Shown: in pieces, positions 30,793 through 40,261 of the stretch
Numbering within the stretch: position 1 is the first letter of the stretch
Layout of the letters: each line of letters begins with the position of its first letter
IMG/VR virus record: IMGVR_UViG_2675903408_000004
Coordinates: 1 to 64,000 of that record
Source: an uncultured virus (IMG/VR IMGVR_UViG_2675903408_000004)
Taxonomy: Duplodnaviria > Heunggongvirae > Uroviricota > Caudoviricetes
DNA length: 64,000 nucleotides
Reading direction: 5' to 3' (one strand)
Position numbers and translations under genes: made by a program
The notes under the pieces: generated by a model
What the model saw: the letters and a program-made list of their open reading frames with translations, nothing else
Database searches by the model: none
Told to the model about the DNA's origin: nothing

Positions 30793-31809
30793 TTAGATAG
30801 ATACTGCTGCTTGTTCTTCAATAATTCCGATTGCTTCTCCAAAAAGAAGGTTAACGGAAGCATCTTGAACAATTTTCATTTTAATTCTTTCATCTTCGAT
30901 ATCTTGTTCTGTCAATTGACGCAGTCCGCCATACTCAACAACAGAAAATGGTTTTTGAGAAACACCGCCAGCAAACATATAGCCTTTGTTAACAGGAAGT
31001 TCGACTTTACTATTTGTATCATCTGTAAATGGGTTAGTGAGGTTAACAGCAGTTGTTCTGCCGATAGTTGTTGGATTTAGAGCAGTAAGGAGTTCTCCTT
31101 TTACTTCTTCTGTTAAGAAGTTCTTAAACGTGGAGTCTGTTCCTTGTTGGAATGCGAAGTAGTCAATGAGAAGAGTGTCAGCAACGAAGATAGGTTTTCC
31201 ACCATAACGTTGAAGAACAGAAGCTACTTTGTTGTACTGTTGAAGAGTAAGGTTGGAGCCTGTTTGAACATTTTTTGCAGGGATTTTACCAGCTGTAATT
31301 GCGCTTGCAGTTAATTGATGGATTTTATCGAGATATAAACGGACTTTAGCATCTGCAATATCATTCACCAATTTATTGAAGTAAACAATTGAATCTGTTA
31401 CGAGATCTAGGGGTTCATAATAGAAACCTGTTGACATAGTTTTCGGAACAGCTGGAACTGTTTCTTGTCCTTCAACACGAACTAAATCAACACCAGAGCC
31501 TGTAGCAGACCAAATGACTTTTGCCTTATTCTTTTTCGGAATTTTAATTTCTTTGATATTGCCTCTTTTTTCTTGTTGGACATTGGCCAAAAGGGAGAGG
31601 AGCTGAGTTACTTTTGGTTTCGCAATTTCATCAGCTTGTTCAACGACAAGGTTATTAAATTGATGGAGCATGGAAGGGTCAGGTGTAGTACCGCCATCAC
31701 CAAACACTTTCTTAATGTAAGTTTGGATATCAGCTTGGTCTGTACCGTCCATTTTGTTATTTAATACACGGCTAAACAAGCCTTTGATTTTCACAGTATC
31801 TAATTTCAT
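30793..31809 (-). CDS. yonB: Major capsid protein
   Basis: 338 aa; follows scaffold/decoration genes in the head operon. Confidence 0.75.
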   Translation of the reverse strand: MKLDTVKIKGLFSRVLNNKMDGTDQADIQTYIKKVFGDGGTTPDPSMLHQFNNLVVEQADEIAKPKVTQLLSLLANVQQEKRGNIKEIKIPKKNKAKVIWSATGSGVDLVRVEGQETVPAVPKTMSTGFYYEPLDLVTDSIVYFNKLVNDIADAKVRLYLDKIHQLTASAITAGKIPAKNVQTGSNLTLQQYNKVASVLQRYGGKPIFVADTLLIDYFAFQQGTDSTFKNFLTEEVKGELLTALNPTTIGRTTAVNLTNPFTDDTNSKVELPVNKGYMFAGGVSQKPFSVVEYGGLRQLTEQDIEDERIKMKIVQDASVNLLFGEAIGIIEEQAAVSI

Positions 31810-31847
31810 TTAAAATACTCCTTTTATTGAAATTTATTTGTTATGTA

Positions 31848-32384
31848 TTAGGCCTCGATTACTTCAAGGCGAACAAGTTTTTGTCCCATTGTGTAAACAA
31901 GGTCATCTTCATTATTTACAACGAGGAACTTAGCAGAAGAATCAGCATAATCCTCATGAGGGGAAGCAGGATCACTAAGAATATACTTTTGAGTAGCGAT
32001 ATCAAAGTGAGCTACTTGACCTTGTTTAACCTCAGTCACTCCTGTATTAAATGAAAATGCAGAAATATCAAAACGGGTATAAGCTGGCTCAAGGATAACA
32101 ATTCGAGCATGCTCTCCTACACCGTTATAAAAATCTCTCATTGATTCACCAAGATAGCGTGCTTCAGGAGATGCAATTAAATATGATTTTTTTGTTTTAT
32201 CTGATAACTTCGAAGCTGTACGGTTTCCCTCAGCATCAAATCCAAGTTCAACAAGCATAAAGTTGTCAATATCTGATCCAGTTACTTTTGCACCGTGAGC
32301 AACTGTTTTAATTTTTAAAGAATTCAAGTTTCCAGTAGTATGATTCCCTACTTCAGTAAGGGCTTTTTGTAATCTTGTAGCCAT
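31848..32384 (-). CDS. yonC: Head decoration-like protein
   Basis: Synteny, 178 aa. Confidence 0.7.
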   Translation of the reverse strand: MATRLQKALTEVGNHTTGNLNSLKIKTVAHGAKVTGSDIDNFMLVELGFDAEGNRTASKLSDKTKKSYLIASPEARYLGESMRDFYNGVGEHARIVILEPAYTRFDISAFSFNTGVTEVKQGQVAHFDIATQKYILSDPASPHEDYADSSAKFLVVNNEDDLVYTMGQKLVRLEVIEA

Positions 32385-32408
32385 ATTTTATTCCTCCGAT
32401 TTTAAAAT

Positions 32409-33845
32409 TTATTGTGAAAAGCGGGATTCAAAAGAGTCATCATTAGGGATTAAATTTTCCCGTTTGCTAGAAAATTCTCTAATGGTTGTATTAGTTTCAG
32501 CAGGAACACTAACTAAATCAACTAACATTGTGTTAAGTTGTAATACAGCTTTTTCTCCTTCTTCACCTTGTTTAATGGAAGCATGGATAAGGTTTTGTAC
32601 TTCTTCTGTACTGAATTTTTCCTCAGCATTTAAAGCTTCAAATTTCGCTTTATAGAATTCATTTTTCTCACTTAGTTTTTGCTCTAATAAAGTTTTCTCG
32701 TGTTTTTCTTTATAAGGCTTCAATTGTTCCACTTCAGAATTTAATTGCACAAGCTTTTCACTGGCAGTGTTGAATTGCTGTTCAATTCCTACCTTATCCT
32801 TATTGATTTGATTTACTTGTTTCGTTAAATTTTTAATTTGTTCATCTTTCTGGTTAAGTTGTGATTGAATAGGTTCAGGAACAACTTCCTCCCAGTTGCG
32901 CGTCATGAATACCTCAGTTTTACTGTCAAAATCAATTGAAACCGTATCGCCTGTTCTTGTGTAATTGAACTTAAAGTATTTGTCATAGCTATTTTCATCT
33001 GACCAGCTATACACGTTTACGATGAAATACGTATCATATACATCTGCAATAAATGAATCTGATTCTTTATCAAGGGTTGGATCTAATTGGCTATATAGAA
33101 GCGTCCGAACGTCAGAGTGAGACAATTCAAACACTTTTCTAAACTTATTCATTTTTTCACCTTCCTCATTATTTTGTCTTGTAGCTGCTTGAGCCACTAA
33201 TCTTTCAAATCGTTGAAGTTCATTAAAGCTTAGAAGTTTGGAAGAATCATAGGCAGGAAGGACAATGTCATGCTCTCCACGTTTCTCTGAATTTAAAATT
33301 GCATGACCTTCGAAATAGATGGGGGACTGTAGGTGTTCGATACCATCTTGCACAGTGTAATTTGAATAAAGGATCTCACAACTTGTATTAATGTTGATGC
33401 CTCTACCATACCATTCAAGTAAAAGTTCACATGCATCTTTAAATCGAGAGCTCCAAAGTATTGCATCTGCTGCCAATACTTCTTTTTTACCATCTGGGGT
33501 TTCAATTTCAGTTATGTATCCCTCGGATGTAAAGACACCGATTGGGGCAGTATCTCTTTTTACTTCAAGTTCTCCGTGCTTGTCTGTGTCTAGATAAGCT
33601 TCATGAGTTCCCAATGCATCTGTAGAAGTATTTAATTCATCAACCTCGTAATATTTTGCAACAATCGGTTTATTAATAATTGTTGAAGCAGCTTCAAGAG
33701 CAACATCCTTAGAAATTACTGCATTATTGTGAGAGACATCGAAATCAAAAATGACAAAGCTACATGACAACTTTGTTGGGTCATCTGATGTTTTAATCTC
33801 ATTCAATTGAAGTTGGCATAGTTTTTTCTTTTGCTTCTTTGTCAA
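32409..33845 (-). CDS. yonD: Prohead protease/scaffold-like protein
   Basis: Globular N-terminus with coiled-coil C-terminus; between portal and capsid; 478 aa. Confidence 0.7.
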   Translation of the reverse strand: MTKKQKKKLCQLQLNEIKTSDDPTKLSCSFVIFDFDVSHNNAVISKDVALEAASTIINKPIVAKYYEVDELNTSTDALGTHEAYLDTDKHGELEVKRDTAPIGVFTSEGYITEIETPDGKKEVLAADAILWSSRFKDACELLLEWYGRGININTSCEILYSNYTVQDGIEHLQSPIYFEGHAILNSEKRGEHDIVLPAYDSSKLLSFNELQRFERLVAQAATRQNNEEGEKMNKFRKVFELSHSDVRTLLYSQLDPTLDKESDSFIADVYDTYFIVNVYSWSDENSYDKYFKFNYTRTGDTVSIDFDSKTEVFMTRNWEEVVPEPIQSQLNQKDEQIKNLTKQVNQINKDKVGIEQQFNTASEKLVQLNSEVEQLKPYKEKHEKTLLEQKLSEKNEFYKAKFEALNAEEKFSTEEVQNLIHASIKQGEEGEKAVLQLNTMLVDLVSVPAETNTTIREFSSKRENLIPNDDSFESRFSQ

Positions 33846-33875
33846 ATAATTTCACCTCCCTTCAAAAGTGAAGTT

Positions 33876-35396
33876 TTAAATGGGATTGTTATTACCGTTG
33901 GAGGTAGCTGACTTTACCGTGTTGTCGTTGTTTTTATTTCCTTCATTTGGGCGACCTGCTTCATTCCCAGTGAAGGTATATGAAGTTTGATAAGGTCTAA
34001 TTTTTTCTTGGAGTTTTAGCTCTTCGGTTTCATATAGAGTTTGTTCAAGGTAACTTTCCCAAGACACTCCTGCCAAATTATCAACTACGTGCTTAATAGA
34101 CCAACCTTTATCGTTTAATTTAATTAAGATGTCCATTTTTTCTTTAAGAGTGAGCGGCTTGTCTTTATCGTAATTCATATAGTAATTGTCTTTTTGGGCA
34201 GCAGGCAAAACAAGGTTGAATAACTTTTGATAAACCTCTTGTTCAATATCCTCCATTAAAACGCCAATACGCTTATAAAATGTATCCAAGTTTAATGACG
34301 AAGTTGCGTAGTTACCCCCATCACCATTTAAAAGGGAGCCGGATAAGCCGTAAGCAGATTGAATGTCGCTATTGATATGGTCAAACTTTGCTCCATCTAA
34401 TCCATCTGCTTTAACATCTGGAAAGTTGATATCAGCAAAGTCAGGGATTGATACTACAGTTACTCCATCTTTTTGGTTCTTTTCTAAAGCTGCTTTAACT
34501 CCACCATGAATTTTTTGTTTAACTGCTTTAGGCAGCTTCATGTTTGTGTATTCGCCATCACCTTTATCTGTTCCAATCGTTAGAACTGCAACAGCGTTAA
34601 TAATTTTATTTGCTATGGATCTTTCAACATCCTTAAGCTTCTTTTTATGGAGAACGTCATATAGACCTGGGGTAACCCAAGATGTTCCTAATCCTTGATT
34701 TCTTTTTAGAGTTCCTGTGCGTAGTGGAAAAGTTCTTTCTTGCGGCAGTTCCTTATATTGATATTTCTCTCGATCTTTCATGAAGTTTTCATAATCGCTC
34801 TGTTTAATATAAGGGGAGAGGCTTTTTAACAATTCATTTCTGCGATCATCTTCATATTTAGTGAACATCTCCATGTCAACTACACATACCCAGTCTCCAT
34901 TTCTTCTAAAGGAGGGGAATACATATTTAATCTCATCAAAAATAAACGGATAGGGGCTCTTAGCATCCCCAAGCCATATACCAACAAGAGTGCCAGCTGT
35001 AGCTACCTGTTTTAAAAGATCCCTAGTAAGTCTTTTATGTTTGACCTTATGTAAGGATTTATTCAAAAGAGAAATGTGCTTATCTGAAGACTTAACTTTA
35101 TTAAAGGAGTCAATTTTATAGTTGAGGGTAGGGAGGGCTTCAATCAATTCAAACAATTGGTGAATCTCTGCAGTCGAAATGTAAAAATACTCAGCAATAT
35201 CTTCAATTTCTTCTTGAAATTCATCGGGGTTAGAAAAATAATTCTTTAATTGTTCGGCCTCAATTTCCGTAACAATGCCATTGGAAAACATATTTGATAT
35301 AAAGCCGGAAGCAAATGTAGAAGTATAAGTTGAATAGTCATTCAGCATTTGCTTATACTCTTCAGACTCAATGTCAACTTTATTTAAGGTTACCAT
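33876..35396 (-). CDS. yonE: Portal protein
   Basis: 506 aa directly after terminase. Confidence 0.75.
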   Translation of the reverse strand: MVTLNKVDIESEEYKQMLNDYSTYTSTFASGFISNMFSNGIVTEIEAEQLKNYFSNPDEFQEEIEDIAEYFYISTAEIHQLFELIEALPTLNYKIDSFNKVKSSDKHISLLNKSLHKVKHKRLTRDLLKQVATAGTLVGIWLGDAKSPYPFIFDEIKYVFPSFRRNGDWVCVVDMEMFTKYEDDRRNELLKSLSPYIKQSDYENFMKDREKYQYKELPQERTFPLRTGTLKRNQGLGTSWVTPGLYDVLHKKKLKDVERSIANKIINAVAVLTIGTDKGDGEYTNMKLPKAVKQKIHGGVKAALEKNQKDGVTVVSIPDFADINFPDVKADGLDGAKFDHINSDIQSAYGLSGSLLNGDGGNYATSSLNLDTFYKRIGVLMEDIEQEVYQKLFNLVLPAAQKDNYYMNYDKDKPLTLKEKMDILIKLNDKGWSIKHVVDNLAGVSWESYLEQTLYETEELKLQEKIRPYQTSYTFTGNEAGRPNEGNKNNDNTVKSATSNGNNNPI

Positions 35397-35413
35397 GTTT
35401 CACCTCATTTCTT

Positions 35414-37183
35414 TTAAAAATAGACTAGTTCATCTTCAACGTCATATTCAGTTTGTTTGTTTAGCTGCCTCTCTAATACAGTGGCAATGTAGTTGCCATA
35501 AGCCACTGAGCTATATCTGTCTTTTCGTTTGCTCTTTGGCTCTTTAAGCTTAACTTGTCCGTTATCGCTATATTCAGCTTCTAAGTTGATCATTTCATTT
35601 ATCAGAAGGGTAATCTGAGCATAGCTTGAAAGGAACTTTCCTTTAACTTCAGGAGATAGCCCTTCATAGCCTTTAAATCTTTTCAGATATTCTTTTCCTT
35701 CATTTTCGTTGATAGGAATTTTGATTTTCCCTCGTTTGAATCCATCTTTGAGTAATACAGCAATTTCACTGTTCAATTGTGCATTACCTTTAATGCTATA
35801 AATTACTTTTTCGGCATTTTGATAAGTACAACGCTCAGCCATTCTTTCATCGTTAATACATGAAAATGGCTCATATTCTTTTGCACGTTCTTTATCATAT
35901 AAAGGCTGGCATAATGCATCATACACACCTAGTCCGATATTCTGAGTATCCAATACAATATAATCGCATTCATAATCTTCGTATATTTGTCGAATTCTTG
36001 TTGCTTGAGTTCCTGTGTGACCGCCTACGATGCTCTCCATGTATACAATATGACGATCATATCCATTGGAGTTTGGGATCAGTCTGAATACAGTGTAAAC
36101 ACTGGCGTCATTATCCTTACCGGCCATTCCAGCGATATCATTGCTTACCAGCCTAATTTCTCCTGGTTTCTTGCCTTCATATTTGAAGTTGGAATCCTTG
36201 ATAAGACTGTAATAGTCAGGAGGGAAGAGGGGAGAAGCAAGCTTGCGGTTCTTTTCAATGTCTTCAAATTTAAAATAAGCTTTTTCAGATTCACCAAACC
36301 AGAGAGCTTCCATTTCCATAGACCAACCAATAGGATCGAAGTCTTCTTCGGCCATTTCATCTCTAACCTGATCTTTATCCAAAAGGCCTTCTTTAATTGC
36401 GATCTGATAAGGGAGACCGCACACAAAATATTTTGATCCTTTCATCATGGCATTGTAGTAAGTTATGAATCTGTTAAATGACCAATGAACCTTGTACCAG
36501 CAGGAAGACAAGTAAATTTCTTTGTTTCGTTCTTTTAAATGAGCGTATTCTTCTTTTTCGAGATATTTAGGAGAACGGGGAGCTGTCAGGAATTTTCGAA
36601 GTACTTTACTGATGATTTCAAAATCAACCATTCTGAATTCATCTACAATTAGAAGGTTTGCACGCTTGGAGCGGGCGCCATCATTTGAGGCTACGATTTT
36701 AATCCAGCTGCCATTATGGAACTCCACTTTAGCATCATTCGTTGAGGTTTTTAAATCTTCTATTTCTCGCCTTAAATTAGGCGATTCTTTACGTAAGTCA
36801 TCAATTTTCTCTATGACTTCACGAGCTTGTCCTTTTGTGCCCGATGCGATAACTATTTTAGTACCTGGGAAGAGTATGGCTTGCACACAGCAGTATACAG
36901 AGGTTAACCAGGTTTTACCCTGCCCACGACTGGCCAAGTACATAAAATAATGGTTATGTACCATCATGTAAATTAAAATACATTGAAACAATTTAAGTGT
37001 AATACCCAAGTATTCTTTTACAAAACGATGTGGGTTTGCTCTATAGAAAGAAGTCCATGCGCCAATACCATCCATTAATCGTTCGGATTTTGATTTCTTT
37101 TTAAAGTTGTTTCCCTTTTTAAATATATTGATTCCTCGACTGTGCTTGTTGCGATCTGTTGTAAAATTCTTATGTGAGGTCAT
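35414..37183 (-). CDS. yonF: Terminase large subunit
   Basis: ASRGQGKT Walker A, LIVDE Walker B, C-terminal RNase H-like domain (ND..., LDTQNIG, KDRYS); 589 aa from ATG 37183. Confidence 0.92.
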   Translation of the reverse strand: MTSHKNFTTDRNKHSRGINIFKKGNNFKKKSKSERLMDGIGAWTSFYRANPHRFVKEYLGITLKLFQCILIYMMVHNHYFMYLASRGQGKTWLTSVYCCVQAILFPGTKIVIASGTKGQAREVIEKIDDLRKESPNLRREIEDLKTSTNDAKVEFHNGSWIKIVASNDGARSKRANLLIVDEFRMVDFEIISKVLRKFLTAPRSPKYLEKEEYAHLKERNKEIYLSSCWYKVHWSFNRFITYYNAMMKGSKYFVCGLPYQIAIKEGLLDKDQVRDEMAEEDFDPIGWSMEMEALWFGESEKAYFKFEDIEKNRKLASPLFPPDYYSLIKDSNFKYEGKKPGEIRLVSNDIAGMAGKDNDASVYTVFRLIPNSNGYDRHIVYMESIVGGHTGTQATRIRQIYEDYECDYIVLDTQNIGLGVYDALCQPLYDKERAKEYEPFSCINDERMAERCTYQNAEKVIYSIKGNAQLNSEIAVLLKDGFKRGKIKIPINENEGKEYLKRFKGYEGLSPEVKGKFLSSYAQITLLINEMINLEAEYSDNGQVKLKEPKSKRKDRYSSVAYGNYIATVLERQLNKQTEYDVEDELVYF

Positions 37184-38090
37184 TTTCTCGATCCTCTTCT
37201 TCTGCAATAGGTTCTTCAACAGTATGCTTATTCATTTCTTCCCAATATTCCTCTGAATATTGATTTTTCAAACCAAGCATTCGGGACAGATGCCCAAGGA
37301 AAAATACCTTAATGTATTTCCCGATTTTGTCAGGATCTTTCCACCTAGGCTCCGGCTCAGGAATAGGTCTCTCATTCTCATATTTTTTGATCAGAGTGCC
37401 AAAAGACTCTTGTTCAACTCCACTTGCTCCAGTTTCTTGAACTGGTTTTAAATTACTTGATCCAAGTAAATCTTGAAGAGTTTTTTGCTGCTGATCGACT
37501 TTTTCACCGTTTTCACGCCGTTTGCGGATATCTAGCCGAGTCAAACATATTTCATTTAAAAAAAGTTCCATTCCTTTAGAATCACATTCATACCTATTCG
37601 TGAAGTCAATGTACTCATTCTGAAGCCAAATGTAATCTTCAACATCAAGACCACGACCCCAAAATTGCATAAATTCATCTATGTCTTCCTTAGATATATC
37701 TTCTGTACTTTTAGCTAGTAACAGTTGTGTTGTGTATTCTTGTTCTTCTTCAAAGTCAAATTCGCTGTCTGCCCAAGTTTTTGACTTATAATCTTTCATT
37801 CCGATATTTTTCATATATGTACCTAACACATTTCCAGCTGACTTTTTCTTGGACTCTGATTCATTAACAGCGGAAACCCATAAGTCGTAAACAAATGGAC
37901 GATCAATCATTCTCAAGATGTTTTGCACATTCTTTAAGTTATCTTTGTCTTTTTGGAATTCATTTTGGAGACAGCTTTTACATACTGACAGCTTGCCGGT
38001 TGCAGAATTGAAAGGAGATTCCGAGATATAATATTGATTGGCATTTTGTTCTTTGCCGCAGCATGAGCATTTTATTTTTTCAGCAGACAT
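37170..38090 (-). CDS. yonG: Zn-finger protein, probable terminase small subunit
   Basis: CSCC...CKSC; immediately upstream of terminase. Confidence 0.65.
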   Translation of the reverse strand: MSAEKIKCSCCGKEQNANQYYISESPFNSATGKLSVCKSCLQNEFQKDKDNLKNVQNILRMIDRPFVYDLWVSAVNESESKKKSAGNVLGTYMKNIGMKDYKSKTWADSEFDFEEEQEYTTQLLLAKSTEDISKEDIDEFMQFWGRGLDVEDYIWLQNEYIDFTNRYECDSKGMELFLNEICLTRLDIRKRRENGEKVDQQQKTLQDLLGSSNLKPVQETGASGVEQESFGTLIKKYENERPIPEPEPRWKDPDKIGKYIKVFFLGHLSRMLGLKNQYSEEYWEEMNKHTVEEPIAEEEDRENDLT

Positions 38091-38197
38091 ACTTCACCTC
38101 CATAAAGTTAGTTGATGTAAACACGTTTTATAAAACGCCCAGCAATAGAGCGGAAGGGGAGTACCACAATCATCACTGGACGTTCTAAAAAAGTATT

Positions 38198-38698
38198 TTA
38201 TTTATAAGTTAAGGCACCATTTTCGGACAAAACAACCTTGGTTCCTTTTAAGGTATCAGCAAGAGCATCAAGCAAACCTTTTCCAATACCGTTTGCATCA
38301 ATTATTAATTTACTCGGTCGTTTGTCTATAATTATGGCTTTTATTTGACTAGCCTGATGTTTAAACGTTCCATATTCCACTTTCTTTGAGATGTCCTCAA
38401 TACGGGAATTGTATAAATCAATAATTAAAAAGGTTGTTTCTTCTCTTCCAGGATTAATTACAGCAATTCTTTCAGGATTATAGCCCGAGCTCAATGTGTA
38501 GCTATTTCCGTTTAAGGGTTTAGTAGAGAATTTGACATCTTGGTTCAATTGTTCACTTTTAGTGTTTTTCTCAAATCCCATGCTTTTATGCAGACTTGTT
38601 AGGGCGTCTTTTAATTCCCTGTTACACAGATAACCACTATCATTAATTTCTTTTAGCAGCTTTACATATTCCCAAAGAATTTTAGTTTCTTCTTTCAA
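38198..38698 (-). CDS. yonH: YonH; C-terminal half resembles terminase nuclease domain
   Basis: 166 aa; LIIDANGIGKGLLDAL aligns with terminase [16 protein letters not shown]. Confidence 0.7.
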   Translation of the reverse strand: MKEETKILWEYVKLLKEINDSGYLCNRELKDALTSLHKSMGFEKNTKSEQLNQDVKFSTKPLNGNSYTLSSGYNPERIAVINPGREETTFLIIDLYNSRIEDISKKVEYGTFKHQASQIKAIIIDKRPSKLIIDANGIGKGLLDALADTLKGTKVVLSENGALTYK

Positions 38699-38737
38699 TC
38701 TTCCTCATCCTCATCTTTATAAAATTAAAGTTTTATA

Positions 38738-38833
38738 TCAATTAACAATCAAATTTACTAGAGTGCTCTTGCTTTCAGGCGACAGGTTGTCCCACTGTGC
38801 TGCTAATATTTCTATAAAATCGTTTGCAGACAT
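38738..38833 (-). CDS. 31-aa peptide resembling a tape-measure segment
   Basis: Manual translation MSANDFIEILAAQWDNLSPESKSTLVNLIVN; AAAGGA SD just after the yonJ stop. Confidence 0.5.
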   Translation of the reverse strand: MSANDFIEILAAQWDNLSPESKSTLVNLIVN

Positions 38834-38846
38834 AGAATCATTCCTT

Positions 38847-40046
38847 TTACTTTTCATTTTTAAAGCGAATTATGTATGTAGCCTCAATACCAGCTTCATC
38901 AAAAACCATAAATTTTTGAGAAGGTTTTGTTCCAAACCGACCTTGCATAGCATAATCATCCGCACCAACAAGCGCTCCGTTTACAACAACTGTTGTGCTG
39001 CCGTACTCTTTTTCATAATTGTGATGAATATGACCACCGAATATGTAAGAAGGGATGTAGCCAAGTAGTTGAGGTAATCGTGTTACACACTGATCAACAC
39101 GATCATAGTGTCCGTGTACAAACACGACTTCCTGATTGTTGATTTTAGCGGGGATGAAACCGTCTTGCTCAGGTTCAATGGAGATGTTCTTTATGTTCTT
39201 TAATCTAGCTTCGAGGTACCAATTAATGAGGTATTCAAAGTTTTCCTTAATCCCTACATCATTTTTAGAAGGGGAGAGGCGACCGTGATTACCTGCCACG
39301 TTGTAGAACTTAACCTCTTGAAACTCACTTGCCAACATCGCTAAAACCTCAGCAAGCGTTTCTGATACATATTTAATTTGTTCTACAGCATCTTCATTGG
39401 CCTGAACTCTTGTAGATACATGAATAAGCCCTCCAATTAAATCGCCGAGATTTGCTACATGTAGTGTGGAAACATGATTCTGTTTACCATACTCAATCAC
39501 TTTGTTGGTTAGATGTTCTACACGCTCATTAAAGATTTCTTTATTGAATTTGTTAATGCGGTTGTCGATTTCCATTCCGAAGTGCCAATCACTGAATAGA
39601 GCGAGTCCATGTTTTTCAGTAATAGCAGGTGATGGGAAGGTGAAGCGAAGGGGTCTTTTTGACTCTAGAGATGCAATAGCTTGAACAACATCATCTTTAA
39701 TTTGTTCAAACCGTGCTTGATTTGAAATCTTCTTTTTGAACTCTCTGTTTTGGTCTTGCTTTCTGATTTTTTCTTTCTCAGATTCAATACGTATAGTTTC
39801 ATATTTATCAAGGATTTCTTTATCAACATTCTTTGAGATAAAGTAATCGTGCCAGCGCTCATATTGTTTAAAGTCTTTACGCCATTTGCTTTCATCATAG
39901 TTGGTTCCCTGATCCTTATTTAAAAGAGCAGCAATTGTTTTTGTGTCAATGTGATAAGTGTCTTTGTTTTTGAAAAGTCTAATATGATAATCAGTAAATG
40001 ATTCGTCTTTTTCTCGTTGTAAAACAGTATCTAAAATAGCTGTCAT
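38847..40046 (-). CDS. yonJ: Calcineurin-like metallophosphoesterase
   Basis: SDWH, GD, GNHGR, HGH, GHIH motifs. Confidence 0.85.
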   Translation of the reverse strand: MTAILDTVLQREKDESFTDYHIRLFKNKDTYHIDTKTIAALLNKDQGTNYDESKWRKDFKQYERWHDYFISKNVDKEILDKYETIRIESEKEKIRKQDQNREFKKKISNQARFEQIKDDVVQAIASLESKRPLRFTFPSPAITEKHGLALFSDWHFGMEIDNRINKFNKEIFNERVEHLTNKVIEYGKQNHVSTLHVANLGDLIGGLIHVSTRVQANEDAVEQIKYVSETLAEVLAMLASEFQEVKFYNVAGNHGRLSPSKNDVGIKENFEYLINWYLEARLKNIKNISIEPEQDGFIPAKINNQEVVFVHGHYDRVDQCVTRLPQLLGYIPSYIFGGHIHHNYEKEYGSTTVVVNGALVGADDYAMQGRFGTKPSQKFMVFDEAGIEATYIIRFKNEK

Positions 40047-40057
40047 TCAGTCACCAC

Positions 40058-40243
40058 CTACTCATTGATTTGTGGAAGTTCGTCTTCCTCGGTAATAGAA
40101 ATTTTCACTTTCCGACCATCAAATGATTTTAAAATTGAATTCAGATCATAACGCTCGATGTCTGTTTTTGTTTCTTCTTCAATAATCCCATCAATGTAAG
40201 TATAGTTACCTTTTAAATTTACTGTATGAACTTTCTTAGCCAA
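40058..40243 (-). CDS. yonK: YonK, first ORF of the late operon
   Basis: SD GGAGGA before TTG 40243 (MAKKVHTV...). Confidence 0.8.
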   Translation of the reverse strand: MAKKVHTVNLKGNYTYIDGIIEEETKTDIERYDLNSILKSFDGRKVKISITEEDELPQINE

Positions 40244-40261
40244 ATTAAATTCCTCCAATAT

